The translations under genes and the position numbers were made by a program. Below, in pieces: positions 35,401 through 44,072 of a stretch of DNA of 64,000 bases (position 1 is the stretch's first letter; each line of letters begins with the position of its first letter). Where the stretch lies: the IMG/VR virus record IMGVR_UViG_3300032373_000001; one strand, 5' to 3'. The DNA is from a virus. Taxonomy: Duplodnaviria > Caudoviricetes. The notes beneath the pieces were generated by a model. The model saw only the letters and a list, made by a program, of their open reading frames with translations. It was not told the DNA's origin and searched no databases.

Positions 35401-37723
35401 AGTTCTGAACGTAGATGCCATCCGCCGTGGGGTCGAACGGATTCGACCCCAGATAGCCGTCGAGGTTGTTGTTCTCGATCAGCACGTTCCAACAGTAGTC
35501 GGTGACCCTGATGGCGTCCGCAGTCACTGCGTAGACAGTGTTGTTGGAGATCTCCAGGTCCTGGGTCCGGTTGTTCGCCGAATCGGCCCCCGTCACCGCG
35601 ATGCCCGTACCAGTGACCTCCGCCCCGTTGATGTAGTTGCCGGTCACCTTGCTGACCTGGGTGCCGTTACCCAAGACCACTGCTGTGGTGAGGGAGCTGA
35701 AGCGGTTGTTCTGGATCTGGACACCAGCAGTGTTGCTGCTGACCTCCACCCCATAGCGGTTCAAGCTCAGGGTGGTGTCTTGGACCAGGTAGTCTTCAGT
35801 GCCTTGGATGTAGATGCCTCGACCCAAGACCCCCACCGAGTTGTAGAACCCCGAGACCTCACAGCCCCGAACACTGGCGCGCACTCCTTGGAGATCGATG
35901 CCCATCGGCACCTCAGCCGTGTAGCTGGCTGCGGACCGGCCATTCTCGATGCGGGTGGCATCCATGCTGAACCCCTCACCAGTGACCTGAACCCCCAGGA
36001 GTCCTCGGGTGGTGTCGGTCAGGAGCTGGCACCCAGTCATGCGGGAATCTGCCCCCGCGATGGCGGCAGCGACCTCTACTTCCCGAACCGTAGTACTGGA
36101 GACCAGCGCGTCCGAGGAGTTGAACTCAAGGCCCTCCTTGGCCCCCCGAATCAAGCACCCGACCACCTGAGTCCCAGGGCTGGTTCCCGTCTGGGAGATA
36201 CCATTGCCCAGATCATCCGAGTCGTTGTAGAAGCCTTGGATCTCGGTGTTGGAGATCAAGGCGTCCGCCACGTCGGCCAACAAGATGCCTTGCGGGTCGT
36301 CCCCCCCTCCCCAGGTGGTGCGCGGGTTCTCCAGAGAGCAGGACGTGATCTCCACTCCGGAGAGGGTGTTGAGCAGGAAGCCGTCCACTGCCGTAGTGGC
36401 ATCCAAGACCACGGTCGTGTCTACGATCTTGGCGTGGTCCGGGACCGAGTCTGAGCTACCAGCAGCATAGTTCAGACCCGTGGTGGCATTGAGCAAGCGG
36501 CTGCCCAGTACGTGATGACCATAGCCCCGAAGGTACACGTTCAGGGCATAGCCATCCACCGAGACGTTCCGGAGGGTGCAGCGGCCCTGCCTCGCTGAAG
36601 GTGCGGTGTTGTCCCAGAAGGAAATGCCAGCCGTGCCGGAGCCAGCCGTGCCTTGCACCCTACAGTCGGCAATCAGGCACTCCTCTGCTTGGTCGATACG
36701 GACCCCATAGTCACTGGCCTGGAAGAAGTTGCGGTGAAATTGGCCCTGGCTGGAAGCAGTCAAGTCAATGCACCGCTCCCAGGTGTTGGTTCCGTCGATG
36801 AAGTAGCAGTCTTCCACCCGCAGGTTGTCGGCAGTGCCTCCAATGACCCTTGAGGTGGCATGGTTACACACAAAGGCCAGATTGCGGAAAGTGACCTGAC
36901 TGGCTGCCAAGTTGAACATGGGGACTGGAGCAAGCACTGCCCCGCTCTGAAGGATGGCGTCCCCGTCCCCCTCGAAGATGACCCCTTCCAGGTTAACGGT
37001 GATCCCAGAACTGATCGTGTGGGTGCCCCTAATGAGAATACGGTGAGTGTCGATCTCAGACGTGGCTCCCGCCGTGGCATACAGCTCCAAGTAGAGGAGT
37101 GCCGCCTCCAGGCTGAGGAAGTTTGCCTCGGAGCGCTGGTTGGCTGAGGTGCCATCACTACGCACAGTGAAAGGGACCTTGCGGTCCAGGTTGTAAACGA
37201 ACCACCGAGCATCTTCGGAACTAACGATGCTGCCGCCCAAGGCCAGGACCCGAGCAAGGAGGATGTCCTCGCTCTCCATGGTAGGGAGGCTCGTCGAGGA
37301 GGTCAGAGTCCCCGTGCTGGCGTCGATGTAGAGGTAGTTGGTGGCGGAATCCGTCAGCGTAGTCGAGTCCCCACCGAAGCTAATCGCCCCGCCCCCCACA
37401 AGGGCCGTGGTGGGGGAATCCAAGGTGACAACCAGACCCACTGCAGTGTAGGTGCCGCCTTCGATCAAGCCGTTGTAGCGGGTCGAGCCAGTGCCCCCGC
37501 CGATCTCTTGCAGTGCCCCCTCTACATCATCCGAGACATACAAGCCGCCCGCATCTTCGATCTCAATGGCTTCCGCCAGGTGAGCGCGGGAGTCATCCCG
37601 GACGTGACTCTTCAGGGGGATGGAGTCCCTACTGGGCTCCGTGAGGGCAGAGCTGGTCACCGAGCCTTGGGGAGTGTTCCCCGTTCCGATGTTGAGGTCG
37701 CCAGGGTTATTCGAGCGAGGCAT
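32420..37723 (-). CDS. tailspike / fibre with right-handed parallel beta-helix repeats
   Basis: Dozens of (I/V)xxN(xx)I repeats; N-terminal AHLAEAI..DVEGALQEI fibre motif. Confidence 0.85.
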   Translation of the reverse strand: MPRSNNPGDLNIGTGNTPQGSVTSSALTEPSRDSIPLKSHVRDDSRAHLAEAIEIEDAGGLYVSDDVEGALQEIGGGTGSTRYNGLIEGGTYTAVGLVVTLDSPTTALVGGGAISFGGDSTTLTDSATNYLYIDASTGTLTSSTSLPTMESEDILLARVLALGGSIVSSEDARWFVYNLDRKVPFTVRSDGTSANQRSEANFLSLEAALLYLELYATAGATSEIDTHRILIRGTHTISSGITVNLEGVIFEGDGDAILQSGAVLAPVPMFNLAASQVTFRNLAFVCNHATSRVIGGTADNLRVEDCYFIDGTNTWERCIDLTASSQGQFHRNFFQASDYGVRIDQAEECLIADCRVQGTAGSGTAGISFWDNTAPSARQGRCTLRNVSVDGYALNVYLRGYGHHVLGSRLLNATTGLNYAAGSSDSVPDHAKIVDTTVVLDATTAVDGFLLNTLSGVEITSCSLENPRTTWGGGDDPQGILLADVADALISNTEIQGFYNDSDDLGNGISQTGTSPGTQVVGCLIRGAKEGLEFNSSDALVSSTTVREVEVAAAIAGADSRMTGCQLLTDTTRGLLGVQVTGEGFSMDATRIENGRSAASYTAEVPMGIDLQGVRASVRGCEVSGFYNSVGVLGRGIYIQGTEDYLVQDTTLSLNRYGVEVSSNTAGVQIQNNRFSSLTTAVVLGNGTQVSKVTGNYINGAEVTGTGIAVTGADSANNRTQDLEISNNTVYAVTADAIRVTDYCWNVLIENNNLDGYLGSNPFDPTADGIYVQNSAAEARYITIRGNTIQRFQNGILLEGSSTFPMEDCQVTGNTIHHCAYAQGSLTDTFASGCKGIGLNWAVSCTVNGNNISEIGEIIDSTGTQNPPTAGGANVDSQGLYARNCERLVVSGNVLDALAGTGAGGGYGIFFANRSTGATSDFAGLSATANSVTAAATYGIHLRADDGGVGSTDITVRDAAISENHLRSCGDAGISATVGDNSTVNGLRVQGNTVEAVLTTSNAHLEVLCDSGLTTALVNVLISGNQLLQPDVGPATTLLLVDGGAGFYQNIQIQGNQFQGNALSLTALRLTQDGGSSNPLEGCSISGNSFDGVYQRSVDVDLEQVLGLAIQDNTFSDVRGGAAQIDADLFSDVTITGNSVYGSGSALTTGFYVLATTNTDISTNLVIANNTIENWTNQGIRLFISGQVFGGNISENALSQRGLFGSGSPGYQQGGAAIFLDMGATTLPVPGLANFDVRDNQVTDLMTTGFRLDNSNATSPLNGSLRNVSVRNNSFYNVGPGRIEVINNGNVTGGDTLTINGTVITAGTEFAVGGTASDTAANIVGALNTALPGNQYNFWNDGAVVWLMGDYWELTTSDFSAFTVSADEDIFIVLNDASASNFRVEGNTFDRCAAEGYQDAILSIGLYGDGSSYNNVSVCNNILNSGPGGGIRIYFTDLTATYAQDISDLRVDGNILNWDTATASTGTAISIDLDGVDDILQVSASGNQIRGGSWSNGILINAGTLSASSSTYEDIRACNNSIQGTAALGIQVEYPTNDTISSYSIKTDGNTVVEAGSNGIVITGFNPPTDAGGNGTSFNLYNVSMSNNIVRDCGGHGLRLAHDVGDSGAVGNSFLRHVVLSGNASTQNGSAGSAASTSFNGGLHNMSLRLTGESDNVVLTSNQLNNGTAYGFFVDLGDGDAETSVLTGTFDSNQGNLDAIIISNNLARGNGSSLTPSMTDAGQSGTNYSTSDGALLGNISQSTSGGGNNTWPDIAAVGWTSANNSTT

Positions 37724-37729
37724 TCGATG

Positions 37730-40700
37730 TCACTCCGCCAAGATGAAGAGGCCACGGGTCTTGTAGACTGCCGCGCAGGTTTCGTTGTTCGAGTCGGTGA
37801 ACCGGACAGTGTTGTCGTCGTCCAGGATGCCGAAGCGGCTCACCACGATCAAGAGGACTTCTCCTGCCCGGAACAGCTCGTTGTCGCTCTCCGCGCGAGC
37901 CAAGAACGGGAAGAAGCACTTGTGGGCCATGACGCCACCCAGTTTCTGGGCAGCAGCTGTGGGCCTGTATGCCGTCGGGTCTGCAGTCTTGTAGGCTGCC
38001 CGGAACTCAACATCGGCATCGATGTCCGTGAATGTGAAGGTGCCGTTAGCGTCGGCCCGAAGGAGCTGGTGGAGGCTCAACAGGCCCGCATTGGCGTCGA
38101 ATCCACTGACCTCAATCTTAGAGGTGGCCTGGAGGACCCACTCACCCTGGAAGGTGGCAGGGCTCAAGTCCCCATTCACCGCGACCTGATCCAGGGGGTT
38201 CGAGTAGGGGAAGCCGAGTTCCGAAGACCCGGCCGAGTTGCTGCCGGCCCACAGGCCGGTGCTCATGGCCAGGGGTCGGACTACCAACGAAGAAGGCAGC
38301 GGGTAGGTGGACGGAGCGCCTGCTTGGACTCCGACCGTCTGAGGAGCGTTGCTGCGGAAGTAAACTGCCAGCTGGTAGCCCGCAGCCCCGTAGTTGGGCA
38401 ACGGGTCCTGGGCGAAGTACTCCACAGAGCAGAGGGTCTGGCCGGCACCGCTCAAGGGACTGCCTCCTTGAATCGCCAGCAGCCGGGAGGAGGACCCATA
38501 CTCCGTCGCTGAGGTGTCGACCGGGCGCGCCACCAAGTCGTTCTGGTCGGTGACGGTGACGGTGGTCACCCCCGAACCGTAGATGCGGCGGGGCAGGATC
38601 ATGCTCACGGTGTTCAGGCTCACGACGGAGTCGGTGATGGGAGTGCCGCTGCCTGCTCCAGAGTTGTCGTTGGCGATGTACTCCAGGGCAATCTCCCGGC
38701 GACCCTCAGTGAACACCGGATCAAGGAGACCTTCCCAGTCGTTCGGGCGCTGGGTGACGTCGTTTTCCAGGACCGGACCGTCTGGGTACACTCCGGAGTC
38801 CGGGACCACCTCCAGGTCTGGGGTGTCGGTGGTCCCGGAGCCGATCGGGTAGCTGATTTCCAGCTCAACGAAGATGCGTCGGGGGGAGCCGTTGTCCCCA
38901 GCCCCGCTATCTACCACCATGTCGTAGGTGGCGACGCTCAACCCCCCGCTGGCCTGGAGCCCGTTGTCAGCGAGGTAGACCTGGATGACCGAGGTGCCGA
39001 TACCTCGGATCTGATCGATCTGAACAGTCTGATCGATGGCAGTGTTGAAGTTGCCGTCATCATGGACCACCCGAAGGACATCCGTGACCACAGTCCCGCT
39101 GGGCCAGAGGTTCTCCACATCCCCACCGCCCGTAGGAGATCCCGAGGAGGCGTTAGACCAGTCACCAGGACCCGTTGCGTCCAAGGAGGTCAGGTCGATC
39201 GTGATGATGTCGCCTTCCTGCCAAGTGGTGTAACCGCCCGTGTTCTTGGTCACGTACAGGCCAGGGTTGGTGCCGATAGCAGCATCAGGCTCGACCGGGA
39301 AGATGCGGCGTTCCACGACAGAGTAGTCGGCAAAGCGTCGGCGGACATGGTCGAAGTCCCCGATCTGATCGCCCCGCGTTGTAGAGCCCGAGGCGGGTGA
39401 GACGCCGCCCTTGCTGGCAGAGCGACCGATCTCGTTGCACACCAAGAACTGGGTGCTTTGGTCTCCGGAGCCTGCACCAAGAGTGTTCTTGTCTGCAGCG
39501 TCGATCGCCCAGGTGAAGAGGTTGCCATCCAGCAACAACTGCATCTGACGCCGAAGCTCTCCGCTCTGGTCCAAGCCGCCAGGAACGACCTGCCTGCGGA
39601 GGTCAATGACATCCCCCCCTTGAGGCAGGATCTCGTCGTGGAATCGCCCGTCGGGACGATCCGAAGTGTTAGCAGGGATCGTCCCAATCACCGGGTTGAC
39701 GTAGCCGGGATGTGTTTGCGGGGGGGCACCGTTGGTGTTGGTCAGGGGAGCAAAGCCTGCCCCCGCGCCTCCGTTGTAGGCATCGTTCCTGCGAAGGACG
39801 AAACACAGAGGGATGGCATACACATAGCCATCCACCGTACCCAACGCGGTAGCTGCAGTGGAGCTACCGTCCCCAGCGACCCACAGCCCCGGATCCACCG
39901 TCTCGTAAGCCGTGGCGTCGGAGTTGCTCGAAACGGTAGAATTGTCCGCTGGGATGAACGGGTAGGTGGCAACCGGAGAAGCCTGAGCACCTTGAGCCAG
40001 GATGTTGGAGTTGCTGAACCCGCTGTACTCGGTCTTGAAGTTGACCGCCTCACTCTGACCGGTGACCCTCAAACGGTACTGGATCTGAACCCTCTTGGTG
40101 CTCTCGGTCCCTACGATGGGGTCTTCGATGTTGTCCGTCAGGTTCACTCCCGCCGGAGCATCGACGTTGCCGTGGCGGTAGAGGGTCGCTTGAGTCGGCT
40201 TGTTGGCCGTGTCGCTACCCCCGCTGAAGGTGGTCGGGCCAGCCCCCCCGTTGACCTGAATAGCGCCCGCAGTTCCGAGGGTGATCGTCAGGGTGAGGGC
40301 GTTACCCGCAGCCCCCGCGAAAGGGTCGGCTGCGCGAAGGTTGACCAGGTCCGTGTTCGAAGGGTCGATGGTCGCCGTGCAGATCCCGGTGAAGGAGTTC
40401 CCCGAGTCATTGATGGCATTGGAAATGTTCTGGGCAGTGGCGGCTTCGTTGGCCCCGACCTGAAACTCATCGACAGCGGGGGCTCCGGCAACCGCAGTGA
40501 GGTTGGTGCCGTTGAGGGAGAGGATGTCCCCCGGAGTCACATCTGCGTTCGTGATGACCTCGATGGTGGCCGTGGCCCGAGGGCTGGTGGATACTACACA
40601 GCGCCACACCTCAAGGAAAACGAAGTCAGTCCGCTTCACGTCAGGCGGGGCACCGCCGAACACGGGAGCCGCATCGAGCTGGATGGTGTTGGAGGCCTGA

Positions 40701-41023
40701 GTGGTTGTGTTGGTGTACTCAACCACCACCGGCATGTCAGCGACCAGAGCCACGCGGCGGACCATGCCGAGCTGATCGGCTGCTGCGCCGGTAGAGAAGT
40801 CCGCCAGGGGGTCCGCAGTGGTCGGCCCACGGAGCCACCCCGAGGTGGTGGTCTGTCGCTGGAGGAGCCTGTTCAGCTCCAGCGACCACTCCTGACTCAG
40901 GTTGAGGTCTGAGTCCAAGATGGGCTTGCCCGACTGAACCAGCACGTCTGCCCAAGAGTGGTCGCCGGGTGACAGGTATCGGGAAACAGAGGTTCCGGGG
41001 AAATACTTCTCGCGGACGGGCAT
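37730..41023 (-). CDS. large virion tail/baseplate-associated protein (1097 aa)
   Basis: QSGKPILDSDLN, DFVFLEVWR, RVQIQYRLRV, ALGTVDGYVYAIP shared with 26174-31540. Confidence 0.8.
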   Translation of the reverse strand: MPVREKYFPGTSVSRYLSPGDHSWADVLVQSGKPILDSDLNLSQEWSLELNRLLQRQTTTSGWLRGPTTADPLADFSTGAAADQLGMVRRVALVADMPVVVEYTNTTTQASNTIQLDAAPVFGGAPPDVKRTDFVFLEVWRCVVSTSPRATATIEVITNADVTPGDILSLNGTNLTAVAGAPAVDEFQVGANEAATAQNISNAINDSGNSFTGICTATIDPSNTDLVNLRAADPFAGAAGNALTLTITLGTAGAIQVNGGAGPTTFSGGSDTANKPTQATLYRHGNVDAPAGVNLTDNIEDPIVGTESTKRVQIQYRLRVTGQSEAVNFKTEYSGFSNSNILAQGAQASPVATYPFIPADNSTVSSNSDATAYETVDPGLWVAGDGSSTAATALGTVDGYVYAIPLCFVLRRNDAYNGGAGAGFAPLTNTNGAPPQTHPGYVNPVIGTIPANTSDRPDGRFHDEILPQGGDVIDLRRQVVPGGLDQSGELRRQMQLLLDGNLFTWAIDAADKNTLGAGSGDQSTQFLVCNEIGRSASKGGVSPASGSTTRGDQIGDFDHVRRRFADYSVVERRIFPVEPDAAIGTNPGLYVTKNTGGYTTWQEGDIITIDLTSLDATGPGDWSNASSGSPTGGGDVENLWPSGTVVTDVLRVVHDDGNFNTAIDQTVQIDQIRGIGTSVIQVYLADNGLQASGGLSVATYDMVVDSGAGDNGSPRRIFVELEISYPIGSGTTDTPDLEVVPDSGVYPDGPVLENDVTQRPNDWEGLLDPVFTEGRREIALEYIANDNSGAGSGTPITDSVVSLNTVSMILPRRIYGSGVTTVTVTDQNDLVARPVDTSATEYGSSSRLLAIQGGSPLSGAGQTLCSVEYFAQDPLPNYGAAGYQLAVYFRSNAPQTVGVQAGAPSTYPLPSSLVVRPLAMSTGLWAGSNSAGSSELGFPYSNPLDQVAVNGDLSPATFQGEWVLQATSKIEVSGFDANAGLLSLHQLLRADANGTFTFTDIDADVEFRAAYKTADPTAYRPTAAAQKLGGVMAHKCFFPFLARAESDNELFRAGEVLLIVVSRFGILDDDNTVRFTDSNNETCAAVYKTRGLFILAE

Positions 41024-41037
41024 TTAGATCTCCTGGA

Positions 41038-41169
41038 TCATCTCCGAATTCTTCGGCCCCTCGGCGAAGGCTTCGGGGTATTCGGGGTCCCCTTCTTGGG
41101 AGGCTTCTTCGTGGATGAGGGCCTCAGTTTCGGCTTGACAGCTTTCTTCTTGCGGCAGTTACAACCCAC
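41038..41169 (-). CDS. small basic protein (43 aa)
   Basis: GTG start, MGCNCRKKKAVKPKLRP...; lies between the conserved upstream box and the tail operon. Confidence 0.5.
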   Translation of the reverse strand: MGCNCRKKKAVKPKLRPSSTKKPPKKGTPNTPKPSPRGRRIRR

Positions 41170-41198
41170 GAGGAACCCCCCTCTAAGGCGACTCCTGT

Positions 41199-41214
41199 AT
41201 AGGGGGTGTACCGC
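41199..41214 (-). promoter_or_regulatory. putative late promoter box GCGGTACACCCCCTAT
   Basis: 16-bp exact match to 46366-46381; both upstream of minus-strand structural genes. Confidence 0.7.
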
Positions 41215-41316
41215 AGGGCGGGCATGTTGACACCCCCCGTGAATTTTTTTCGGCGTGTTGATTTCGGGGCAGATTTGTGGCCGTAATGGGGGTGAGAATA
41301 CGAACGGAGGTCGATA

Positions 41317-42387
41317 ATGCCCATCAAATGGTACACCCTCGTCGACAAGACTGGGGCCAACCGTCGGGAGCGCGTCGAGGGGAAAGAGGTCACGGACGCG
41401 CAGGGGGAGAAGCAGCGAGTTTACGAGACCCACGCCGGATTGGTTGCCTCTACCGCCTTCCTGCGCGCGGAACGAGTGATGTCGGATGCCTGGGCAGACG
41501 TGAGCTACTGCCGCGTCTACAACCCCCAGAAGGGCCAGCTGGAAGAAGTGTGCCTGGGGCACCACTTTGAGCTGGGCACCGTGTTCGGAGAGGCCACGGT
41601 GGACCTGGACCCCAAGATCACCGCAAGACTGGCCGATCGCCAGCAGAAAGCCGACGCTGCAGCGAAGGCGGAGACCGAGCGCCTCCGCCAGGTCGAGGCT
41701 GAGGAAGAGGCCCTGCGGTCGCTGCTGGCCCCACGCAAGGAGTACATCGGGTTCCCCTTCCGAGCCATCAAGGGGCGGAAAGTGCCCAAGGGGGCCACGG
41801 GTCGGCTGATCGGGGTCAGCCGCGACAACACCCGCTCCAAGGTCCGCTTCGCGGACAAGGGAGGCGGGACCTCCGAAGAGTGGACCGACTCCCGCAACCT
41901 GGAGGTCTACCCACCAGGCTTCGACCCCCAGAACCCCCCGGAGGCGAGCGAGAACAGCAACTGGGTCTTGGCCAGCTACATCATGCTGACCAAGACCCAG
42001 GAGTGGGGGAAGAAGTGGGGGAAGGGGAGCCCCCACCGCATCCGCCCGGCAGGGGACCTCAAGTTCAACGCCGGGCGGATGCGGGGTCGCGTCTTCTGGG
42101 AGGGGGGAGGGCGCATCGGCGTCAAGAACTCGAAAGGGGGGGAACCCGCTTGGGGGATCCCAAGCGGGTTCGAGTACGAAATCGACGGGGAGTGGGTCCG
42201 AGGCGAGGACTACTTCCTGACGGTCCCGCAACCGGTGGTCTCGATGCGGGAGATGGGGGAACCGTTCGACTCCATCGCAGCGCTCATCCTTCAGCGCGAC
42301 GGGACCTGGGATGCAGTCACCGCAGACGGCGGGACGGTGGCCTTGTTCCCCGCGGACGCCCTGGGGAGCACCTTCGCGCGCCGCTAA
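41317..42387 (+). CDS. hypothetical protein
   Basis: 356 aa, GGAGG RBS. Confidence 0.8.
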   Translation: MPIKWYTLVDKTGANRRERVEGKEVTDAQGEKQRVYETHAGLVASTAFLRAERVMSDAWADVSYCRVYNPQKGQLEEVCLGHHFELGTVFGEATVDLDPKITARLADRQQKADAAAKAETERLRQVEAEEEALRSLLAPRKEYIGFPFRAIKGRKVPKGATGRLIGVSRDNTRSKVRFADKGGGTSEEWTDSRNLEVYPPGFDPQNPPEASENSNWVLASYIMLTKTQEWGKKWGKGSPHRIRPAGDLKFNAGRMRGRVFWEGGGRIGVKNSKGGEPAWGIPSGFEYEIDGEWVRGEDYFLTVPQPVVSMREMGEPFDSIAALILQRDGTWDAVTADGGTVALFPADALGSTFARR

Positions 42388-42404
42388 CCTGGAGCCGGTA
42401 AAGT

Positions 42405-42434
42405 AAAATCGCCCCTACATGTAGGGGCGATTTT
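42405..42434. repeat. perfect 30-bp palindrome (possible bidirectional terminator / REP-like)
   Basis: AAAATCGCCCCTACATGTAGGGGCGATTTT is its own reverse complement. Confidence 0.85.
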
Positions 42435-42453
42435 CGCAATTCGGGGGAGCCCC

Positions 42454-43653
42454 ATGACCAGCAACGAGAAACAACAACGCATTCGCCAGTACATCATCCC
42501 GGATAACCTCGTCGAGGGGTCAGTCAGGGAGGTCTCCTCCCCAGACGGCCAGTTCCGTCTGGTCACCGCCAGATACAAAACGGGGGAGCGTACCTGGGAC
42601 TACACCGAAGGCCGGGTGTACCGCGTGGGGGAATCGGAGCCCCTGGCTATCGTGTGCCGCAACTACTCCACCTTCTGGCACAGCTGGGTGATGGACCACC
42701 CCAGCGGGACCCCCTACCTGTTGTGCGGGGAAGACTACCAGAACCAGACGTGGGTCGACCTGAGCACCGGGGAGGTGAGGTCCACAGAGGGCGAGGAGTT
42801 CTGCTGGTACGGGGTGGAGAAGCACCTGGGGGGAGGTATGCTCTGGGTAAAGGGGTGCTACTGGGGCGGCCCCGCAGAGTTCGCCCTGTACGACTTCAGG
42901 GACCCCAACGCGGGACCTGTTGAGATCTGCTGGTACGACGAGGCCCCCATGCCCCAAGAGGGGCTTCAGTTTGAAGTCACCCTCAAAGAGGGCGTGCTCC
43001 GCATCGTCCGCCAGGACCTCTACCACAAGGTCTTCGGCAAGCGCTACGAGGAGTTGGAGCAGGAAGGCTACGGCATGCTCGACCTCAAGAGCAAAGCCGG
43101 GGACGCCGGGGACCCTACAGCAGCTGCCGAGTGGGACAGGAAAGCCGAGGAGCACTGGGACTCCTACCAAGACCCCTCAGAAGACCCCACGGACTGGGAG
43201 CCCCGCACGGAAGAGGAGCGCACCTACGAAATCGTCCAAGAGGCGGACGAGGATGGGGACTTGATGCTCCGATTGGCTTCGATGAAGGTCAGTGATCGGC
43301 TCAAGGAGGAGCGCGAAAAGAGGGCAGAAGCCCTCAAGCAGTGGCGGGCCAAGCGGGAGAGCACCAAGTGCTCCCCTGCCTACATATTCGCCGCAAACTT
43401 GACCGGGCTGAGGCAAAGCGGGTGGACCTATGGGGCCAAGAAAGCCCTCGCTGCCCTGTTCCCCCGGAGAGGGGCTGACAGAGAACTGACCTTGGAAGCG
43501 CAAGTAATCGGGGACGAGAAGTACACCATCAAGCGGTGGCAGCGTGGGGAGGGGAGCAACAACACCGAGACCGTAGACAGGGGAGAGTGCCAAGCCTTGT
43601 GGGCGGAAGGGCTCAAGTGGATGGAGGAACAAGATGGCAGCGCCGCAGAATAG
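42454..43653 (+). CDS. hypothetical protein
   Basis: 399 aa; SPDG, RNYSTF, CGEDYQ, FCW, GCYWGGP blocks. Confidence 0.8.
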   Translation: MTSNEKQQRIRQYIIPDNLVEGSVREVSSPDGQFRLVTARYKTGERTWDYTEGRVYRVGESEPLAIVCRNYSTFWHSWVMDHPSGTPYLLCGEDYQNQTWVDLSTGEVRSTEGEEFCWYGVEKHLGGGMLWVKGCYWGGPAEFALYDFRDPNAGPVEICWYDEAPMPQEGLQFEVTLKEGVLRIVRQDLYHKVFGKRYEELEQEGYGMLDLKSKAGDAGDPTAAAEWDRKAEEHWDSYQDPSEDPTDWEPRTEEERTYEIVQEADEDGDLMLRLASMKVSDRLKEEREKRAEALKQWRAKRESTKCSPAYIFAANLTGLRQSGWTYGAKKALAALFPRRGADRELTLEAQVIGDEKYTIKRWQRGEGSNNTETVDRGECQALWAEGLKWMEEQDGSAAE

Positions 43654-43870
43654 GGTCTGGGTCACAGGATACAAGCCTTCCTGGTGCGAACGGTCGACCC
43701 GCTACATCTTGCCGACCGGGGGACGCTCCTGCCGCATCTGGCGGAAGCGGGAGCTCCCGGAGAACACGGAGTTCTTCCGCCTCTACAGGATGCCAGGGGA
43801 TGAGCGGTCCTGGTTCAGTCCCGATGGCACAATTGGAAATACGACCCGCTGCCCCTCTTCCCGCGCATGA
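43634..43870 (+). CDS. small hypothetical protein
   Basis: 78 aa, overlaps neighbours. Confidence 0.55.
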   Translation: MAAPQNRVWVTGYKPSWCERSTRYILPTGGRSCRIWRKRELPENTEFFRLYRMPGDERSWFSPDGTIGNTTRCPSSRA

Positions 43871-44052
43871 CCTACGAGGTAGCCCACCGCTACTTCAGCG
43901 GGTTGGTCCTCGCCCCCTACTGGGAACGGGTCTGCATCAAAGGCGAGCACTTCTACCAGGTCCAGATGTGGCCTGCTGCGACCTCCGACCCCTACAGGAC
44001 CTGGAGACTGGAGGAAGAGTGGGAGCAGATGGAGGCAGCTGCCAGGGTATAG
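43867..44052 (+). CDS. small hypothetical protein
   Basis: 61 aa, ATGA overlap. Confidence 0.6.
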   Translation: MTYEVAHRYFSGLVLAPYWERVCIKGEHFYQVQMWPAATSDPYRTWRLEEEWEQMEAAARV

Positions 44053-44072
44053 GGGGCGCGGAGGACGACCTG

